A DNA stretch of 63,133 nt, filler included, from Globobulimina sp. (taxonomy: Eukaryota), in NCBI GenBank assembly GCA_003354225.1. It is 24 parts of 24 records of this genome, joined end to end, with 100 filler letters (N's around TTAATTAATTAA, not from the genome) between each part and the next. Parts side by side here need not be neighbours in the genome. Positions count along the whole stretch, not along the records: positions 57,970 to 60,501 come from PIVH01006136.1; positions 60,602 to 63,133 come from PIVH01006137.1; 22 more parts are not named here. The stretch is one strand, 5' to 3'. A model generated the notes under the pieces. That model was given only the letters and a program-made list of their open reading frames with translations. It ran no database searches and had not been told where the DNA came from. This document shows positions 57,971-63,133 of the stretch, in pieces (positions within the stretch are counted from its first letter, which is position 1; every line of letters starts with the position of its first letter). A program made the position numbers and the translations under genes.

Positions 57971-59590
57971 GCTTCGACAAAAAGTGACATAGAACATGTT
58001 GACTTTTTTAGTCCAATAAATAGACGTAATTATAAATCGAGCAGATCGAAAAGGGCATATACTGAAAATGCAGCGTCAGAATATCAACAATCCCCCGCAC
58101 GAATGCGAGCAGAAAGCACAATAATTGCTAAATATTGGTATATTATTGTGATGATTGGGAGTGTGTTGATGATTTTGATAACAATTTCGTGCACTTTGTT
58201 ACTAAAACAGTACCGATTTGATATTACCCGAAAACGCAAAGAAATGGAAGCACGAATCATGGAACAACATTTGAACAATGCAAATCTAAGAAGACGCAAG
58301 AAAGGCAAACACAGACACAAACGGAAAAGATATAGACACAATCTGCGAAGAGTAAGGATTGAGACAACATTATCAGACCAAGCACCATGTAAAGCGTGGC
58401 TGCTTTGTGACACGATAGGAAGCGGAAGATTTGGCGATGTCCGATTGGCGATTGATCCACAAATACACTCTGAAAACTGTGATGCTGATGAAAGCATTGC
58501 AATTTCTCCCATGTATTACGCTGTAAAACGAGCGAAATTTGTTGTCAATAATTATAAGAATAGCAATGGAGTGAATGGAGCACGTGCTCGCATCGCAGGA
58601 TGTGAAGTATTATCGATATTTCATGAAATATTAATACTATCAAAGCTAAATCATGCGAATATTGTAAAATATTATGGAAATGGTGTGGCGAATGAGCGAA
58701 TATGTTTGTTTTTAGAATGGTGCGCAATCGGATCAATGGCGGATATTTTATGTGTGCGGAAATCGTTCAGTATCCCCAGAATCCACCATTATTTATCTCA
58801 ATTGTTGTCTGCCATCGATTACTTGCATTCGCAAGAGATATTTCATCGCGATATAAAAGCAAGGAATATATTATTATGCAGTGGAGGCATTTGCAAGTTG
58901 GCAGATTTCGGCTCCGCTGTGGATACATTAGAAAATAATATGAATGCAATTGCAACGGCTGGCACTGTGCATTGGTGGCCGCCAGAAACATTCTTATGCG
59001 ACGAAGAGAGCTGTCATGTGTTGGGAGCTCATGATATATGGAATTTAGGTGTGACATTAATCGAAATGATCAATCAGTTACCACCCTTTCATCAGTTATC
59101 GGTTGCTGTATTTAGTGTGATGATGAAAACGACGCCAATTAACTATTTAAAACAATTACCGATTACAAGTGATATAAATTTGAATATATTTTTAAAATCT
59201 TGCTTGACTATAAATTATAAGCAACGATTCAATGTCAAACAATTGTTGAAATGCGCATTTATTGTATTGGGACCACAACAAAATCATATTATAAATATTG
59301 GAATCTCCGAGTTTTTATTAAATCGAGAAAAGGAAGCACAAAAATATGCAAAGTTGATAATTAATTCAAATTTAACGTTTTGGTTGCAATCCAATTTGGA
59401 GAGTCACACTCAAAATAGTACACTGTCAGCAACTGCCACCACCTCTGATAATGATAAAACATCGCCGGATCACCATCAAAGTTATAGTTTTATGCTGAAT
59501 AATGGTGCAATGCGTGTATTACAACAACATGCTATTAATCCACAACATTATCGGCAAAATAAACAGATAACACCGTATTCATCCTCATAA
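57971..59590 (+). CDS. Single-pass transmembrane STE/MAP3K-like Ser/Thr kinase, 5' truncated
   Basis: TM segment, GSGRFG, YAVK, HANIVKYYG, HRDIKARN, DFG, GT..W.PPE; frame open from the contig edge. Confidence 0.88.
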   Translation, partial: ASTKSDIEHVDFFSPINRRNYKSSRSKRAYTENAASEYQQSPARMRAESTIIAKYWYIIVMIGSVLMILITISCTLLLKQYRFDITRKRKEMEARIMEQHLNNANLRRRKKGKHRHKRKRYRHNLRRVRIETTLSDQAPCKAWLLCDTIGSGRFGDVRLAIDPQIHSENCDADESIAISPMYYAVKRAKFVVNNYKNSNGVNGARARIAGCEVLSIFHEILILSKLNHANIVKYYGNGVANERICLFLEWCAIGSMADILCVRKSFSIPRIHHYLSQLLSAIDYLHSQEIFHRDIKARNILLCSGGICKLADFGSAVDTLENNMNAIATAGTVHWWPPETFLCDEESCHVLGAHDIWNLGVTLIEMINQLPPFHQLSVAVFSVMMKTTPINYLKQLPITSDINLNIFLKSCLTINYKQRFNVKQLLKCAFIVLGPQQNHIINIGISEFLLNREKEAQKYAKLIINSNLTFWLQSNLESHTQNSTLSATATTSDNDKTSPDHHQSYSFMLNNGAMRVLQQHAINPQHYRQNKQITPYSSS

Positions 59591-60006
59591 CTCTTTTGTT
59601 ATTATTGTATTGTTCGTTTTTCTACAAGTTTGTACATACAAATTCTTCAATGCAATAATTCCAGTCTCCATCATGATCATCCATAAAATTCATCATACTT
59701 TTTGGTCCCAATTTGTTATCTTCGTGATCGGATTTCGACTTTTGTATAGTGCATCGATCACTAATCATATTGATTATGCATTGAATTTGAAAATAAAAAG
59801 TGGTCATAATTGAGGCCATTCAAACAAAAAAAAAAGATTCTCAATTAAGTGAAATATATAACAAAATCTGTGAAAAAAAAAGATATAACAAAATAAATCG
59901 GATATAACAAAATAAAAACTGAAAATAAAAGTGCCATATATTAAAATATAGCTACTAATCACACATAATAATAATAATAATTTGTACAAGTTACATTGTC
60001 ATTTTC

Positions 60007-60501
60007 TTACATTACATTTACTTTGGTTTGGGGACTCATCTCAGCCACAACTGTATCATTAGCATCATCGCTTGACATTGATTTCGCGACTTCCTCCATT
60101 ACATTTACTTTGGTTTGAGGTCGAGGACTCATCTCAACCACAACCGTATCATTCGCATCATCGCTTGACATTGATCTCACGGCGGCGTCCCTCATCATAG
60201 TCATATCGCGTGTATAATGTCTGATATTCTTCGATTCGATTGTGTCAACTTGAATATTTTCAATATTTGGCTCATTTTGTGTATTCCAGAAAATTTTGAT
60301 TTGTTGAGCCAACTCACCGTTTGATCGTGCTTCATTTATTAATGTCTGATATCTTTGACTTTGAGTGTCCGATTCATCATTTTCGTCATCGCAATATATT
60401 CTTATGGTTAATTGTAATCCTTTTGTAATGGGCAATGGTTTTTACACTTCCATCAAATGTTTATCAACAACGAATAAATCAAAATAAAAATATGTCTTTA
60501 A
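60007..60501 (-). CDS. Hypothetical protein fragment with internal duplication of about 30 aa (60010-60175)
   Basis: SMSSDDANDTVV.EMSP..QTKVNVM twice; the gene probably continues through an intron. Confidence 0.5.
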
Positions 60502-60700
60502 NNNNNNNNNNNNNNNNNNNNNNNNNNNNNNNNNNNNNNNNNNNNTTAATTAATTAANNNNNNNNNNNNNNNNNNNNNNNNNNNNNNNNNNNNNNNNNNN
60601 NTTAGAAATAACAAACACAAAAACTATCCAACTCAATTAACTTAAAGAAACAAACCGCAAACGCAAAGCAGAAATCACAATTAATAAGTATCGATCAGCA

Positions 60701-61066
60701 ATGTACAGTTTATTAGAAGAATATCCTATACTAACAGCATGTACAAAAGAATTATTAAACAAAGCATCAAAAGATGATCGTGTCAAAGAATTTATTGCTG
60801 AGTATGACGAAGCAAGCATGAAAGATATGAATTTATGGTGCATTCTTGAATTTGGTGGACAAAATAATTATGATGGAAAAAATATGTATGAGGATTATGC
60901 TGAATTAAGAAAAAATGGATTATGTGATGATCATTTTGATGTTGTGGGTGAATTACTTGTTCAAACAATGAATGAATTAGGAGTTAAAGATGAAAAACTC
61001 AGATCTCGCGCAGTTCAAGTTCTTGAAAGCTTTCGTGATCAAGTTTTAGGAAGAAAAAAAGATTGA
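60701..61066 (+). CDS. Group I truncated (2/2) haemoglobin-like domain with substituted haem ligands; probably last exon of a longer gene
   Basis: DDRVKEF, FGG..NYDGKNM, GL.DDHFD.V.E.L..T..ELGV, ES.RD.VL match trHbN. Confidence 0.8.
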   Translation: MYSLLEEYPILTACTKELLNKASKDDRVKEFIAEYDEASMKDMNLWCILEFGGQNNYDGKNMYEDYAELRKNGLCDDHFDVVGELLVQTMNELGVKDEKLRSRAVQVLESFRDQVLGRKKD

Positions 61067-62237
61067 TCTGTCTTCATTTTATTTTACTTTGTGTCTTTGT
61101 ATTTAATTTAAACAATATGCGTGTAGAAATATATTACTTGAACTACCATCGTCATTCACCAATATATGAAAAATTAGTTTGCAAGGATTCTATTTAACTT
61201 TTTAGGTTCACACTTCTAAACACTTCTTTTGTGATTATATTGGTTTATATACCGTACAGTGCATCCATAATCCTGCATCCCCAACGAGTTTTCACTAAAA
61301 ACCTTTCATACTGATCAGTACTTGGCACAACTGCCTTCTCTACGCTCTCCCCATGGAATTTTTCGAAAAAGTCGATTGATCATGAGATAACGAGTGAATG
61401 GTGATTTGCAGGGAATTATCAAAATTTCAAAATTAAACTATTATTTGCTGAAACTATGGTCAAGAGTCGTTGCATTTGTGTATTTTTGCATTTTTGCATT
61501 TCCAAATATATTTTCAAGAGTCGTTGATCATTTTTGCAAGTAAATGATGACTAGCTCACTTCAAGAAAATCTTAATATCAGGGTTCTCACCTCATAGACT
61601 ACAGTGCAAGGATAGATTGAGACACAAATGACTGATACTACGTTAAATGTGCTTAAATATGGAGAGAAGTGCAAGAATTTCCGGAGAATAAGTCCGAGCA
61701 CCACCATACAAAACATTTTTACTGACAAATCCAATGTATATGCTTTCATCGATCAGATATTTTAACCACATTAACACCGATCAGTGGAGCCGTGGAGGAG
61801 GAGGCGGCGACGCAGTCGCCTCATCTATCGATATATAATAGAAATTCTATAAACCTCAACATAGAAATTCGATAAACGACCAAAGACCACAGACAACACG
61901 TTACCCAGTCTCGATATTACTGAATATATATGAAAGTGTTTCTGTTTTGAATATAGAAAACTGGTCGATAGTGGTTTGAAGTTTTTATTGTGTGATTGCT
62001 TGATTTACTTATGGATTTTCAATATTATATCATGATAAATATGATGACAAAATTAAAACATTTCATATTTTGGCTCTTGACCGTGAGTGTGACCGAAGAA
62101 GGATAAGTTGATACGAAAGCAAACCAACCAACATATTTGAATGTAATTCACTGAAAACAAAGTTACAAAAAGACTAAAAATACATGACATTGTCAAATTA
62201 ATCAAACAAAAAAGATAAAGGATCATTACAATGCAAA

Positions 62238-63090
62238 TTAATCTTCATCAGTACTGCTTAATTGATATATGATAGATTCCTCCTCCTCTTCTTCATCAAA
62301 ATGACCAATCTCAAATTTATATTGATTTAATTCATTTTCATTTTGTCCTAATTTCACATCGCCAATTGGTTTACTTGCAATTCTATCAACATATATATTA
62401 TTATTATTATCAATATTATTCTCCTTCATTTCTATATTTGTATCATTACCAGCAATATTATCCAATTCCATCACAGAATCAATTGAATGTAATTCCATTT
62501 TTATTTTATGTTTATTTATCGGCGGACCAATATGTTTTCCATTTATTAGATTCACTGCTATTTTATCCTCATCTTCAATCTGATACGATTTCTCAAAATC
62601 AATTTGGTGATAGCTTTTTCCATTTTGTTTGGGATCAGCCATAAAACACACAGACCATATTAATGACAGTATGACCACAGCGCCACTACAAAAACATGAC
62701 ATGGTAATACTTGAAACCTGTATCAATAATGTAATAAATATCGGTGTTATAATATATGCTAAATTGGTTAATGTCTCATAAATCATCAAAAACTTATCTC
62801 TATATTCTGTCGGTGAAATGTCAATTGCTATTTTATGTATCAATCCATATGATAAACCATTCGCAATTCCAAATGATAACGAAATATATGACAGCGATTG
62901 TTTATTATTGCAATATGGCAATGAAAACAAACTGATTATAAATAACAAATATGATGGAAATAATGTGTATTTACGACCGCATTTATGCAATATATATGAG
63001 GAGAAAATGTATAAAAATAATTCCGGTACAAATGAGATACCATTTATATATCCAATATCATTTGGTGTCAGCTCATCAATTTGTAAACAC
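62238..63090 (-). CDS. MFS transporter C-terminal half, 5' truncated
   Basis: HKCGRK motif-A variant, GIANGLS.G....DISP...R..FL, successive TM helices. Confidence 0.75.
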
Positions 63091-63133
63091 TGAATTAATT
63101 AAATAAAAGTGTGCTGTTGAACAGAACAAATAC

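Noticed and set aside
61548-61822. tRNA-Lys-like words and a GC hairpin (61801-61822) as a SINE or Helitron end
   Set aside because: Too degenerate; no CTRR end or second copy in the window.

Overview
The window is not one locus. It is 24 short contigs (2537 down to 2532 bp, sorted by length) joined by an artificial 100-bp linker (44 N + TTAATTAATTAA + 44 N), so adjacency across linkers means nothing. The DNA is AT-rich and eukaryotic, with short GT-AG introns (about 50-130 bp). A divergent type-2-like beta-tubulin points to a foraminiferan/retarian source (inference). Recognisable housekeeping genes, many partial: AK6, SRP54, TOR, a TRP-like channel, SHMT, ALDH6A1, cathepsin, SDR, steroid 5-alpha-reductase, PARP, kinases and an MFS transporter. 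Mobile DNA: a two-gene PIF/Harbinger element, an intron-containing Crypton-like tyrosine recombinase whose catalytic motif only forms after splicing, a DIRS/Ngaro-like recombinase next to a CCCH gag-like ORF, a decayed LINE, and a transposase-less unit bounded by 119-bp inverted repeats carrying an HhH/SAM gene. The most striking candidate is a spliced gene for a membrane-anchored protein with signal peptide, Cys-rich module, Cry delta-endotoxin-like helical domain, two ConA/LamG-like repeats and a TM tail. All family assignments are by-eye motif recognition; no searches were run.
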